A DNA stretch of 62,768 bases, counting the filler, from Sphacelaria rigidula (taxonomy: Eukaryota), in assembly GCA_964200075.2 (NCBI GenBank). It is 7 parts of 7 records of this genome, joined end to end, with 100 filler letters (N's around TTAATTAATTAA, not from the genome) between each part and the next. Parts side by side here need not be neighbours in the genome. Positions count along the whole stretch, not along the records: positions 17,965 to 26,846 come from CAXNAA020009848.1; positions 26,947 to 35,828 come from CAXNAA020009849.1; positions 35,929 to 44,808 come from CAXNAA020009850.1; 4 more parts are not named here. One strand, 5' to 3'. The translations under genes and the position numbers were made by a program. The notes beneath the pieces are model-generated. The model worked only from the letters and a program-made list of their open reading frames with translations, was not told the origin of the DNA and made no database searches. The stretch's first letter is position 1; each line of letters starts with the position of its first letter. Below, piece by piece: positions 25,086 through 37,223 of this stretch.

Positions 25086-27012
25086 GTGTGTGTGCGTCAT
25101 TCTATAGTGTGTGTGATACTCCGGTTGTTTGACTCACCTCAGTGTATTTCATACTCCAGTGTGTGTGACTTATTTCAGTGTGTCATACTCGAGCGTGAGT
25201 GTGCGTATCCTGCAGAACATGTATATTCCCTGCGTTGACGTATATTGGTCCCCGCGGGTGCCATATGGCTCGGCTGTGGTCCGCAAGTTCGGCGTGTGTG
25301 ATGGACACTTCCTGCGATCCCCCCCCCAAAAAAAACCCAACAATAACACAGCCCTGAACTGTCACGAAAAAAAATGATCATACAGCACCTGATGTTTGGT
25401 TTCAGGCTGCATGAAGCGCCTCATGTGGGCGACATCGGCGAAAGCGAACCCAAGCGTGGGAATTCCCAGCTGCTCGTTGTGCTCAGCTTTTTTATTTTGA
25501 TTCACGTGTAGATATTGCCTCCCCAAACGAGCCACATTTTTTTCGGGGACTATCGTAGAATGTATCGATGGTTTTTCATGGGTCTTGCTCAATCAACCTA
25601 CTCGTGGAGCTCCTCGTGCCACATCGACTCCAAAACATCAATTGTACTCACCTGTGTTTTTCCCACACTGCGGAATATTCAATAGTACCTTTTTGCTCTG
25701 TAAGCTCATTTTCTCTTGTTTTTGGACCGGCTTCTAAAAATCAGACTATGCTCCTTTTTTTTTTTTCGTCGCCCTCTTCTTTTCGTTTTCGACCTCTAAT
25801 TTGTTTTTTGGGCTTGTTTTTTATGGGGGGAGGGCTCCAATTTGGTCTCTCTCTTTTTTTTCGGCCTCTTGATTTTTATTTTTGATGTCTCGTTTTCGGC
25901 GCTTTTTTGAGCTGCTTCCTTTTTTAGACTCCAGAACAAACAAAATCAAGAGAGAGACGTCGAGGAAGCAGAGGAGAAAAACAGCCTCCATATATTGAAA
26001 AACAAGAAGGGGTAGGGAGTAGGGTATGGTCCAGCAGAAATCCCCCCCTCCCCCCCCCGTAGAAAAACTCTCTGGGGAAAATATGGACTTGGGGGGAGGG
26101 GAAAATGCTCGGGAAAAGAGTCCTTCGGGGGCTCCGAATAATAAAAATTGACTTTTTGGTCTGAAGCCTACAAAGCAAAGGCCTAGCTTTCAGCGTGCTC
26201 GACCAAGACTAATTCTCGCCACTTGTAGGGTGATGGGATGGTGTGAGTACGAGAGTAGTGTAACGAACCGCGGGTCAGATCGTAGTCTCCGGGGGATGGG
26301 GGTGTATTCATGACCATTCATGCCATAGTCATCAGACCATCGACCTCGCATCGCTACAGAGCCGCGTCGGAGCACGCCGGGTTTTCGCTGGACCAGGCTA
26401 GCAATTAATAACCAAGCGCGAAGTGCCGTGATGTGCTCGGCGAATCGCGTCAAGGATGAGCTGCAATCCTGCTAAGATTGTTCGGCCCGACGCCTACTAC
26501 TGACTATCTTGCAGTTGGATAACAGCCTACCATGAGTTGCTTTACTTTCTGGTATCGGAACTTCCAGAGACAGCCACGGCTTATACAGTGCCTCATGTGT
26601 GTTTCACCTTGTGAAAACTACGTATTAATAGTACGAACATCCGCATTGTGCGGAGTTGAGGTTCTCCCACGCCGCACAACATGATCTAGCTCGACTACCA
26701 AAAAAAAACGCAAGCGCGCCAAAAAGAATCAGTAACCTGGTTGCCTAGCTTACGCAGTGAGTGGCGTGTTTTATAGCGTCATTGCCAACCGACGCCAACC
26801 CCATCGGGGGTCCACCCCTAAAGCCGGGACGGAGCACGCCGGGTTTNNNNNNNNNNNNNNNNNNNNNNNNNNNNNNNNNNNNNNNNNNNNTTAATTAATT
26901 AANNNNNNNNNNNNNNNNNNNNNNNNNNNNNNNNNNNNNNNNNNNNCCCTCCCCAAACAACCGAATAACAAGTATGCGGACAGACACATAAATCGAACAA
27001 TGGTGTGTTCAC

Positions 27013-27102
27013 CTCTTCGCCAGTGGGGTCGTCGTCGTTGTCGTCCTCGTACTCGAACTCTCCTACCAGAGCGTCCAACGCTTGTTTCTCCCGTTCGCGT
27101 TT
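27013..27102 (-). CDS. Multi-C2 protein, exon f
   Basis: acccag|KREREKQALDALVGEFEYEDDNDDDPTGEE|gtgaac; 90 bp, phase 0-0; acidic linker. Confidence 0.8.
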
Positions 27103-27719
27103 CTGGGTTGCCGTTGCAGTCATGTGTGTGTTGGCATCGAGAGATGATCAAGGGCATGCATGCGTTCAGGTGCAACAGAGAAAGGAAAAATTCTAGGCAA
27201 ATGAGCTCCGATGGACTCAGAGAAAATTGCAGGCAACTCAGTCCGTGTTGCATGCGCTGGCTACAGGTGACCGTACCCGCAAGGACTCGCTCGATGTACC
27301 ATATGCTGTTGCAGAGAACGTCACAAATACAGCAAAATGGTCATGAGTATAGCGATGGAAACGAGCATAATCATGTCCAAAATCGAAGAGTTTTGTAACG
27401 GAGTCGACACCGCTGCCCACGTCCTGTAGGGCAACGACCAACAACCGAGTGTGAGTTGGTGTTTGACAAACGTATGCGACGTGTATGGCTCGTTTTACCC
27501 GTCCTTCCGACGGAGTTGGTACGGTGTGCCAACCACCCCTTCTTCCGCATTTTTTGAGCGCCTCAACATATCTCTGCAGTGTCACGAATCACCACGGAGG
27601 TAGGCAAAACTTGATACGGTCGGGGGTGTTTTCGGTGTTTCTGGAATGTAAAAAACTACAGCAGTGAACAGAGAATGCCAACACTCTCGTGAGTCGTAAC
27701 CGTCGCGACTTGGTGATAA

Positions 27720-28330
27720 TTGTTTAAATACCGGTTGGCTGCTGAGCTAATCAGCTAGCGCTCACTGAATAGCTCAGCAGTCAACCGGCATCTTAACAAA
27801 AGCTAAGTTCGGTGGGTCCGTCGCACAACCCCGAGCACTCACGCGTCAGGGTTGCCAATTATGCAACCAAGGCTGTCTGTCTGGGAAGTTCAACCGGTAG
27901 CCTTCGACCGCACCCGGTGCTCAACGTCGATTAATATTTTCACTTGCGCAAGGATTCGAACCCTAGAACTTGACTTTTATCAAGATATCGGTTGACTGCT
28001 GAGCTAGAAGTAAAAATATTCTTCGATGTTGAGCACCGGGTGCGGTCGAAGTCTACCGGACTTAGACAGCGCTGGTTACAGGGGTGGTTATCCTGGGGCG
28101 TGAGTGCTTGGGGTTGTGCAACGGACCCACCGAACTTAGCTTATGTTAAGATACCGGTTGACTGCTGAGCTAATTTGCCAGCGCTGGCTGATTAGCTCAG
28201 CAGTCAACCGGTATATTAACAAAAGTCAAGTTTGTTTTTGCTAAGATACCGATTGACTGCCGAGCTAAGCATAATCAGCCAGCGCTGGCTTATTATGATT
28301 AGCTCGGCAGTCAACCGGTATCATAACAAC
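27720..28330. repeat. Nested palindromic repeat complex (intronic)
   Basis: Three ATACCG(G)TTG(A)CTGC.GAGCTAA...TAGCTC.GCAGTCAACCGG palindromes plus one half-unit, inside a ~220-bp-arm inverted repeat. Confidence 0.9.
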
Positions 28331-28818
28331 AGTCAACACTACCAGTCTACAATACAATCCCCTGCGTACCACCTAGCCGCAACCCCCCAACTTCCAACCC
28401 AAAAGCCAACTCTGTTCCTGAATCCCATCCCAGTCCCCAAATGCAAATGCTGGTCTTAACCCCAGTCCCCGGTCTCCGATCCCCGATCCGCCACGTCCGG
28501 TCCGCAACGATGATCTCCGACCAAAGATCGGTTTTCGAAGTACGTGCCCTCAATATCATGGTTGACACACACGCACATGCATGTCCTTAACCGCAAGGTA
28601 ACTCTAACCCGTACACCTAGGGGCACAACGACGTCAACCGGAGAGGATGCCCCTAGATGCGTGCGTTGACTGGGCCAAAACACCTGGCATTTTCGGTCGT
28701 TTTCATGGCGGCCGACAAAGCTCGCTCTAAGCACAGCGGATAGTTCGCATTCGACGACCCCTTTCCTCCCCCCTTCCCATCCCAAATCGAAAACATGTAA
28801 TCAGTCCACACTACGACA

Positions 28819-29185
28819 GCCGGTCGCCCCGGTGGCTCAGTTGGTAGCCTCGAAACCCTCTGACGGTTGGGTCGTGGGTTCGAATCTCGGAGCGACCTGA
28901 GATTTTTTCTCACGTACAATAGTGGAGAGCGACTTTGTCGTGGGAACACAGAGTTCGACTTCACGGTCGACGAGGAAAAGGGACTACAAAAACCCTCTCG
29001 CGATAAAAAATAAAAAGCCAAGCACCGCAGAAGAAAGGTGGAGTACTAAAACAAACAACAAAGAAGAAAAATCCTGTGTTGACCTTCCTCCTGTGTGACC
29101 CCGGCTGGTGTGCCCATACATACCGAAAACGTGTAGACCGGCATCCAAAATAGATGGGACGACAACACTGCACACAATTCGCGCC
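28819..29185 (+). mobile_element. tRNA-derived SINE
   Basis: A-box TGGCTCAGTTGG, B-box GGTTCGAATC, ~300-bp body shared with two other copies, CA-rich tail. Confidence 0.88.
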
Positions 29186-29412
29186 TTCGATCACGGACTA
29201 CAGAGGACGAAATGGGGATAAACCTCTGCTTGCCCAGTTTTGCAATCCTGGACGCATGCAGCTCAACCAGATCTCCTGACAATATGGAAAAGGACAGGCA
29301 TTCCCACGCTGGATGTGTCACGGCTTGATTGTTCTAGCAGAGCAATAGTGCGGGAAAGGTCTGGAGGGCCGGGGACGGGAGAGGGGGAGTAGATCACGCA
29401 GCATTTCGCCAC

Positions 29413-29536
29413 CTTGTTTGTTTTCCCGCCAATGAAGGAAGCGGGCAGCACGCTGGACTTGGACTCGAAGGCTTTCTCGTAGTGCCATCTGGCGGTGACC
29501 ACAATCTCGCCTCTGCCTGCCGCGTCGAAGCCCCAC
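29413..29536 (-). CDS. Multi-C2 protein, exon e
   Basis: ccgtaag|(R)WGFDAAGRGEIVVTARWHYEKAFESKSSVLPASFIGGKTNK|gtggcg; phase 2-0, completes the C2 domain. Confidence 0.82.
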
Positions 29537-29886
29537 CTTACGGCAAGGTCGAGACGTGGAAAAAATCGGAACGGAAAACTCAGAAAGAGGCAGGCTCAGG
29601 GACATGGTCAGCTCCATTATGACACTGCAAACGATCACCTAGTCGATATATTCAACTTTCTCTGCACTGAACGTACTGTGTCTCGTCAGGATACTATCCA
29701 CTTGGAGCCTGGGGCTCCCGTACGACCGAAATCAGGATTCTCTGGCTCGTCATTACTGAACAATGACATATACCACCAAACGTCGTGTACACACTCAAAC
29801 CAAGCACGCAGGTAGTACAACTCACGTCCAGTATACCCACTGCAGGCTAGTACTGTACAATACCGCCTACCTTTTTATTTCTTTGC

Positions 29887-30250
29887 GCCGGTCGCCCCGG
29901 TGGCTCAGTCAGTAAGCTCGAAGCTTTCTGATGGTTGGGGCGTGGGTTCGAATCTCGGTGAAGTCACGCGATCTGGGATTTTTCCTCTTAACGTGCCCAA
30001 CAAAGGAGAGCGACCGTGTCTTGGGTACTCGAGATTCGACTTCACGGTCGACGAGAGACGGGGATCGCTGAACCCTTCTCGCGATGTAATTATACGCAAG
30101 CACCGCAGAAGGAAGGAGGGGTGCTGAATAAACCAGAACGAAAAAATCCTGTGCTCACTCTCCTCCTGTGTGACCCCGGCTGGTACACCCACATACACCG
30201 AAAGATGTTAACTGGCGTCCAGCGTAGATGGGATGAGAAGACACACACAT
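29887..30250 (+). mobile_element. tRNA-derived SINE
   Basis: Same head, body and tail as the copy at 28819. Confidence 0.88.
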
Positions 30251-31667
30251 AGCTGTGTGCGGACCTGAAACCGACAGTCGTGGCTCCCACCACGAGAACA
30301 GGGTGTAAACGGCGTGCCTTGGAAATACTAAATCAAACTCGGCCATAGGCCAACAACAAGCCGAAATGTTATGTCAGGATCACATCCACTGTGCTGCACC
30401 GTGACTGCTGGCCGTTCGTACAAGCTCATGATCGCCGGTAGTGATAACATTAGCCTCAAACAGCGCCGCCACCGCCGGTTGGTCAGGGTAACGAGGAGTA
30501 TTAGACGAGGCCATCACTGCATCAGACGCATGTACCGTGCTGTTGATCCCCCTGATATTCCTCTCTGCTTGTTGGCGCTTTCTCGTGTTGTTACTGTGGG
30601 TGTTGTTTTTTGTAAGATGGTGTACCCAACAAAAGGGATCGGAGGAGGCAAGGAAGTCTGCGATCGCATTTCGCAAAAACAAATCATGTATCTTTCTTGC
30701 AGTTGATTTACATGACACCATCGAGTTATTTTCACCCCTGAAGATCTGGCACGCTCATGACTGTATGTAAACACCGCGGCGTCGAGGCATCGGTCGCCTG
30801 GGTATGCTTGCCAAAATAGCCTGCAAGAGGTTGGTCGCAAGTCGCTTGGTCAGCCCACCCTCTGCCAATGTGATCGGCTTAGTGCCAACTAGAGAACCAA
30901 AAACAAGACTATGCAAAGTGTCGACCGCCGGGTATGATGTCTTCCTGCCTCGGAAATTTTGGCGGCCTGTTCGACTCAATGTTACTCATCTCGGAACGAT
31001 TGCAGCTGCCTCCTCTGTAGACGGGCTCGTAGCACCCCCGAGAACAACCTGCTCTCGTCCTCGTACGTTAAAGTCGCGATATTTACACAACCCGTTTTCA
31101 CCAAGAAAGACAGCTCAAAGGCGACCACAAATTTCATCTGCCCTCAGGGAGGTGTACCATTGGGCAAGACGGATGGAGCACGGGCTGGATGTTTACTAGC
31201 GCCTTCCTCCTCTGCCGATGAAAGCGCGTTGATTGTTGGTCAGGAACGTGCTCGTCCGCCATCACCTGCTTGCAGGTTTTCCCCTAGGCAGCACACACTA
31301 GCCAAAACGCGATACCAGATAGGTGGTCGATCTCGAACGCTATGTCCCTCCCACCCACCACCGCGATCATGGGAGAAGCACTTGATTGCGGGGGTTTACT
31401 CCTCGGTACTATTTGGCCACAGTAACCCTTAAGAATCGATCAAATCGTATTTTTGTGCCGCGTACGGCATGTGGTCACATGTTGAAGGAGCGCACTACTT
31501 CACTTGCACAGGTACCGATCTCTATCTGGCACACATCGCAAGATACTGCTTGGCAACCTCTTGTCAATGACAGCAATACGTTACACACAAACTGGGGATG
31601 ACTAGATCTACCTCAACAATCACGAGACGGCGCCTACTCCTTTTCTATGATCAATAGAATATCTCAC

Positions 31668-31783
31668 CGCTCGTCCAACAGGGGCAGCCACCGCGTGAGG
31701 CTCTCCCCAGCCTGCGCGATTTCCACCATGTTAAGCCGCGCCTGTCCGATCAGCTTGTTGGACATGGTTCCGCTGTGAAATAC
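31668..31783 (-). CDS. Multi-C2 protein, exon d
   Basis: gacag|VFHSGTMSNKLIGQARLNMVEIAQAGESLTRWLPLLDE(R)|gtgaga; phase 0-2. This frame is absent from the ORF track. Confidence 0.88.
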
Positions 31784-32229
31784 CTGTCGTGAATATGGCC
31801 GTCATGGGATCGGTCTGACCAAACCGGAGACACTTTGACCTCTGGCGTTTCGAAAATAAGAACCAACTGGTCGAAGACACGAGTGCGGATGCGCTAAGGG
31901 ATAAGCCATAAAGAGCCTGAATTGCGGGCATCCTGCCGTTGACCAAATATCAGGCCCAGTGCACAATAGCATTCGCGTATTTAACGAAGCAATGGTTACG
32001 GAAAACCCTCAGTGCGCACACCTTTGATCTAGCGTCTCGAATAAATCCTTGTATTCCGTCCTAGCTATAGGCCAGACGTGCATGTTCGACCCCGTTCTCC
32101 TCCCGAATTCGTTCCACGTGCACAGAGGAAAAAAAGCAGTCCAACTCAATAGACTATGGAGTCATGCCATGCCGTGTCTATAGTCTGAAGGTCCCGACTG
32201 CTCCATGTGCAGTCGATGCACTACCTATG

Positions 32230-32590
32230 GCCGGTCGCCCCGGTGGTTCAGTCAGTAACCTCGAAACCTTCTGACGGTTGGGTCGTTGGTTCAAATCTCG
32301 CAGCGATCTGGGATATTTTTCTCACGCCGTGCCCAACAGTGGAGAGCGACTATGTCGTGGGTACACAAAATTTGACGTAACGGTCGACGAGAGAAAGGGA
32401 CTGCTGTACCCCTCTCGCAATAGAAAATAAAAAACAAGCACCGCAGAAGGAAGGTGAAGTACTAAAAAGAAAAAAAATTAAAAAAATCCTGTGTTGACCT
32501 TCCTATTGTGTGACCCCGGGTGTTGCGCCCACATATACCGAAAGGTGTAGACCGGCGTCCAGAATAGATGGGACGATAACACACACACTT
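32230..32590 (+). mobile_element. tRNA-derived SINE
   Basis: Same head and body, with an ACACACAC tail. Confidence 0.88.
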
Positions 32591-32628
32591 CCTCGCATCC
32601 TATTTATCCCCGCTGGTCGCTGGCTCAC

Positions 32629-32838
32629 CTCGATGATCACAAGTTCGCTGGGGTCAGAGTTGGCCAGCTGAACCTGAAACTGCCACCTGGGGTTGTTCGT
32701 CTTCCGCTGCGCCTTCGAAACTTTGGCTTTAGTTCCGCTTCCGCATTTGACGGAAACAACAGGGTCACAGGTCACTCTTGAACCCGGGGGACGAAGATTT
32801 CGTCCTGCTTCCACTAGCATGGTCACGGCGTTCGGGGC
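32629..32838 (-). CDS. Multi-C2 protein, exon c
   Basis: catcag|APNAVTMLVEAGRNLRPPG..CDPVVSVK..RKTNNPRW..ELVIIE|gtgagc; N-terminal half of a C2 domain, 210 bp. Confidence 0.9.
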
Positions 32839-33132
32839 CTGATGAAAACCAAAACATGATGACGCGTACTTGGGTGAGCGGACCACGAAAGTAGCGCTGC
32901 GTGCTCAGTGTGGAAAACATCACTTCTTGCCCAAATCATTATCCATGATATGGTATGCCCGTTGGCTGAAAGGTGTAACTTTGGCTACAATTTTCATAGC
33001 ACCCGGCGGAGATACGAGAAAGTCAAGACCAAACCTGTGACATATTGCAACGACGCGTAAAATTCGATCATGACCGTCAAGAGTAAGAGCGTCCACGCAG
33101 ATATCGGGTGCATTTTTCACCCTTCTACTTAC

Positions 33133-33210
33133 CTTGGAGAGTGCCTCATCGTCATCATCGTCCTCAGCGGTGACCTCCAGCCCCTCCAAAGAATTAGTGA
33201 AGTACGTCAC
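33133..33210 (-). CDS. Multi-C2 protein, exon b
   Basis: ccgcag|VTYFTNSLEGLEVTAEDDDDDEALSK|gtaagt; 78 bp, phase 0-0. Confidence 0.88.
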
Positions 33211-33747
33211 CTGCGGACGAGGTTCACATCAATCACGATTGATACCAAACGTTTCCGGCATGGTGTACGTGCCACTCCCATAGTGTCTGGGTCGACTGTG
33301 TAGGAGTACCCACCTTTGCAGAGACCAGCGAAGGTTCACGGACAGGTTTGGGAGGAAAGGCTCTCTGAGTTCTGTATTGACAACCCTCAGAGAGAACAAG
33401 CTACTTCTGTGTTGGTCTGTTGCCACAGGGTAGTGTATCATGTCACAGATAGAATAGGATCTATTCCTTCCACACAAACATCCAGGAATAAATACGATTT
33501 CATCTTCTGGCATGTAGTCGACCCTAGGGTAACAAATAGGAGAAATCCTGCGATTCATGTCATTCCCACAGCTCTCCTCTCGAGGACAGCGCCGTTCGCA
33601 GACGACACGTGCAAGTCACGTCTTGAAGCGTCCGAAGTAACACACCTTGTCCTGAGGAAAGCCGCAGCAAGAACCGCCGATATGATGAGACACTTCGCCA
33701 CGAAGAAACTCAATAAGTACCTCCAATACCTACTGTGAGCATCTTGC

Positions 33748-33942
33748 CTTGACGTGCACATGTCCCTGAGGAACATCCCCCGTCTTCATCCCCGGTCCCT
33801 TTCGTACGTTGAACCATTCCTGCGTGGGGATTCCTGGCGCTTGAAGAGCCGTAGCCGTGTCCACGATTACCATCCCCAGCATCTTGTCTGTGTGACTGCC
33901 GACGGGGTCGTGATGCTTCACCATCAATACCAGGTGCTCCAT
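33748..33942 (-). CDS. Multi-C2 domain (ferlin-like) protein, exon a
   Basis: Acceptor tcggtag. MEHLVLMVKHHDPVG..KMLGMV..QEWFNV..GHVHVK is the C-terminal half of a C2 domain. GC donor AAG|gcaag, phase 0. Confidence 0.85.
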
Positions 33943-35087
33943 CTACCGAAAGACGGGGGAGTCGGATATTTGGTGGTGGTGGTGGTGGTGGTGGTGGTCA
34001 CAGTTATGCCAGACGATGGCGGTGGTGATAATTATGGTATTAGTGATGATACGGTGGTAAAATGAACAGCGGTCCTACGAATGGGGGAGGGGCGGGGGGG
34101 GGTCGAGCTACTCCTTGCACCAAGGAGTCCCTTCGAAGCGCCGCTGCGAGCACCAAATTCCATCAGAAATACCTTGGGGTACACAAAAAACACGCGGTCA
34201 CACCGTCTGACAAGCGTTTCAGTCGCATACAGGGGCAGAACGAGTGTGTGGCGTCGTATATAACATACCCGCGGAAGTCGTTTCGTGCGATCGAACCTCC
34301 CCCCCCCCCCTCTTAGCGTAGATCACGCCGAAGGAACAATTGCAAATGTGCTGTTATCGTGCGCGACGGCTTCGAGGCGTATCTTGCCGATTTATGTCCG
34401 GATCCGGCCGCTATTATTGCAGGTAGTGCGAAAGGTAAATATCTGTTTGTGTTGAAACGCCTTCAGTTCATGGCCGGCCAACGCAACCCGTACATGTCGC
34501 ACATGTAAACGCTTAGTAAACAATTTTGAGTCCACGTGTGCTAATGCGAACGTCCGCGACTCGAGGTCTATCAAAGAATACTCCTGCAGGGAAGATCCCA
34601 GGTGCATCGCAGTTAAATGCGAGGGAGAACTCCGGTCACTCAGCTCCTGCAAATGCGTACATGTAGAATACGAGGACTCCGATGTCTGGTCGTCTACAGG
34701 TCCTTGGGGCAGATCAGTTGCGACCACAGAGTCCTCATACTGTCCTGATGCAACAACGTGACCTAGCTTCACGTAGGGTTTCTGCAGAGGACATTGATCG
34801 GTTCCTGAAGGGTACATTGACCGCAAGTTTTGGGGTATTCCCACCATACTGTCAGACGTAGACGTGGACACACAATACCAAGCACTCTGAGGGATGGTCA
34901 ACTAGACATGATAAATTGTAATGTTTGTACCAAAACTTGAACTGAAAGAAAGTATCGTCCCCACCTTCCTTTTTAATAATCATCAGTTAGTTGGGCTTTG
35001 GGCCGTAGCGAAACCCAAGCCTACGAGTGGCGAATCGGAAAAGTGGGTCACGCTGTTGTCAACGAGGACACGTGTTAGCAGTAATTG

Positions 35088-35230
35088 AGAGTCGGTCAGC
35101 TCCGGTGGCCGAATGGTACGTACAACTGAAACCATCAAGCAGAGGAATGCGGATTCAATTCCCGGCAGATGCATTTGTGTGGGATTTTGCTGGCAAATGT
35201 CTGATTTCCGTCGTTGAAAATATGAGCACG
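35088..35230 (+). mobile_element. Second tRNA-like SINE head
   Basis: GGTGGCCGAATGGT (A-box) ... GGATTCAATTCCCG (B-box-like); no clean cloverleaf. Confidence 0.5.
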
Positions 35231-35294
35231 CCGTTAGAAAAATAGTGTAATTGACTACAGTAGAAACAACACGTTCGTGAGATTGCGAACGATT

Positions 35295-35630
35295 TTTTTC
35301 GACACAAGAGGTTTTTCGTGATTTACACCAGACAGTCGAATCGTCTGAAACGGCCGTCACCCCCCTGAAAGCCCATGATCTGACGGGAGTTTTGGCGTAA
35401 TCTGATTTGAAATCGATGACGCGTTCCATGAGATACGGCCGGAAATGTGCACAACTTTTCCTCTTTCTCCAAACACATTTTTGTCTTACTACTCCGCCCT
35501 GAACACGTCGATTTCTTATATATATTCACCAAAATTTCTGTCAGATCACGGGCTTTCGGGGGGTGACGGCCGTTTCGGACGATTCGACCGTCTAGTTGTC
35601 ATCACGAAAAACCTCTCGTTCGGAAAACAA
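35295..35630. mobile_element. MITE family B, second copy
   Basis: Long TIRs (GAAACGGCCGTCACCCCCC..AAAGCCC / GGGCTTTCGGGGGGTGACGGCCGTTTC), homologous to 16705-17045. Confidence 0.8.
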
Positions 35631-37223
35631 TACTCTCATGAATATGTTGTTTACAGTGACCGCGGTGTCGACTCAAAGGCGAGAGATTGATTGTGTAAAA
35701 AAACGAAAAAGAGCCATGTGTGATAAGGCCATGTTTTCGGGGAGGGGGGGAGGGGGGGGGGGGGGGACAAAGGGGGGGGCAGGAAGGGTCGCAAAAACCA
35801 AACATTTGGCAGAACCAATTCGCCACCANNNNNNNNNNNNNNNNNNNNNNNNNNNNNNNNNNNNNNNNNNNNTTAATTAATTAANNNNNNNNNNNNNNNN
35901 NNNNNNNNNNNNNNNNNNNNNNNNNNNNGTGGGGGGGGGCGCGGGCTGCTATCACAGAAAGTGTCACCGAGACTATTCTATGGCTCTCGCAGTCACAGGG
36001 TGCTTTATCCTACGGCGCCAGTCCCAACACTTCAACCGCCGGAGGTGTTCATTTGTTGAATCGGCCTCATTCTCATCCATTTTCCAAGTGAAAATGATGT
36101 CGATTCCACAGATCAGCTGGTCGTTGTGCTCGGCTTCTTTCATTTCGATTCACGTGTAGATGTTACCTCTCCAAACCAACCACTCTCGGGGGGGGGGCTA
36201 TCGCAGAAAGTGTCACCGAGACCATCCTCCGGCGGTTGCTTTGTCCTACGGCGCCAATCCCAACCCTTCAACCGCCGGAGGTATTCATTTGTTCAATCGG
36301 CATCATTCTCATTCATTATCAAGTGAAAATTATATCGATTCCACACATGACATCAACCCTTGGACCGCGAGGGTATACAGTCCATCTGGATCATGCATAC
36401 ATTTGTCAAGCGAAATTGATACCGATTCAACAGAGGGCCTACTCTTGCTGTCTAAGGGTTAAGCCCTTCAACAAATGTACATCTCCGGTGGCCAAAGACT
36501 CAATCTCGCCATCCCCTATCTTCACAATATCTGGGTCTTGTGTAGACTGACTCAACTGCACTTCACCAGTAACCCCGACCGTAACCCGACGAAGGCAGAC
36601 GGTGAACGCTCGGGCACGAGGGTGTTCTATGGCTCCGTAGGCACAGAGCGCTTCGTCCTGATACAAACCCTCCGAGAGTAGGTCATCTGTTGAATCGGCA
36701 TCACCCTTAGACCGCGAGGGTATATGTAGTTCATCTGGATCATGAACCCTTTCTCAAATGAAAATGATACCGGTTCAATGGATTACCTTAGACCGCGCGG
36801 ACAGTCCATCGGGATCATGCGTACTTTTTCAAGTGAAATTGATGCCGATTGAACAGATGGCCTCCTCTCGTCGTCTAAGGGCTTACGGATTTTTTTTTCA
36901 GATTTTCAGACGTTTTCGGGGGGGAAAATCCCTCCCTGAGAAGTCATAATCTCGATTTTCACGCAGATCAGGGGAAAGTAAATCGGGGAACGCATTTTAT
37001 GGACCCCGATCTGGACCAAATCGGGGAAAGCTGAAGTCCCCCCGATTTTGAGACTCTTTGACCGCGAGTGTAGATCACATGCTGAATCGGTATCAATTTC
37101 ACTTGAGAAAGTATGCATGATCCAGGTGGACTACCAGCATCGCGGTCACGGCGAGATTAGGTCACCTGTTGAATCGGCATCAATTCCACTTGAAAAAGTA
37201 TGCGTGATCCAGATCGACTACCC

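Noticed and set aside
27720..28330. CRISPR or REP-like array
   Set aside because: Eukaryotic intron, irregular spacing, intervening sequences are themselves repeats, and no cas genes.
28819..28900. tRNA gene
   Set aside because: No proper cloverleaf or terminator. It is followed by a conserved 300-bp body in several copies, so it is a SINE head.
29223..29275. Extra exon (DLVELHASRIAKLGKQR) in the multi-C2 gene
   Set aside because: Its phase is incompatible; exons e and f already join in frame.
30400..31300. Copia gag relic on the - strand
   Set aside because: Only a faint resemblance (FCWVH..NTHSN); not supportable without a search.
34392..34901. 169-aa ORF as an upstream exon of the multi-C2 gene
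   Set aside because: No C2 motifs and no convincing splice sites.
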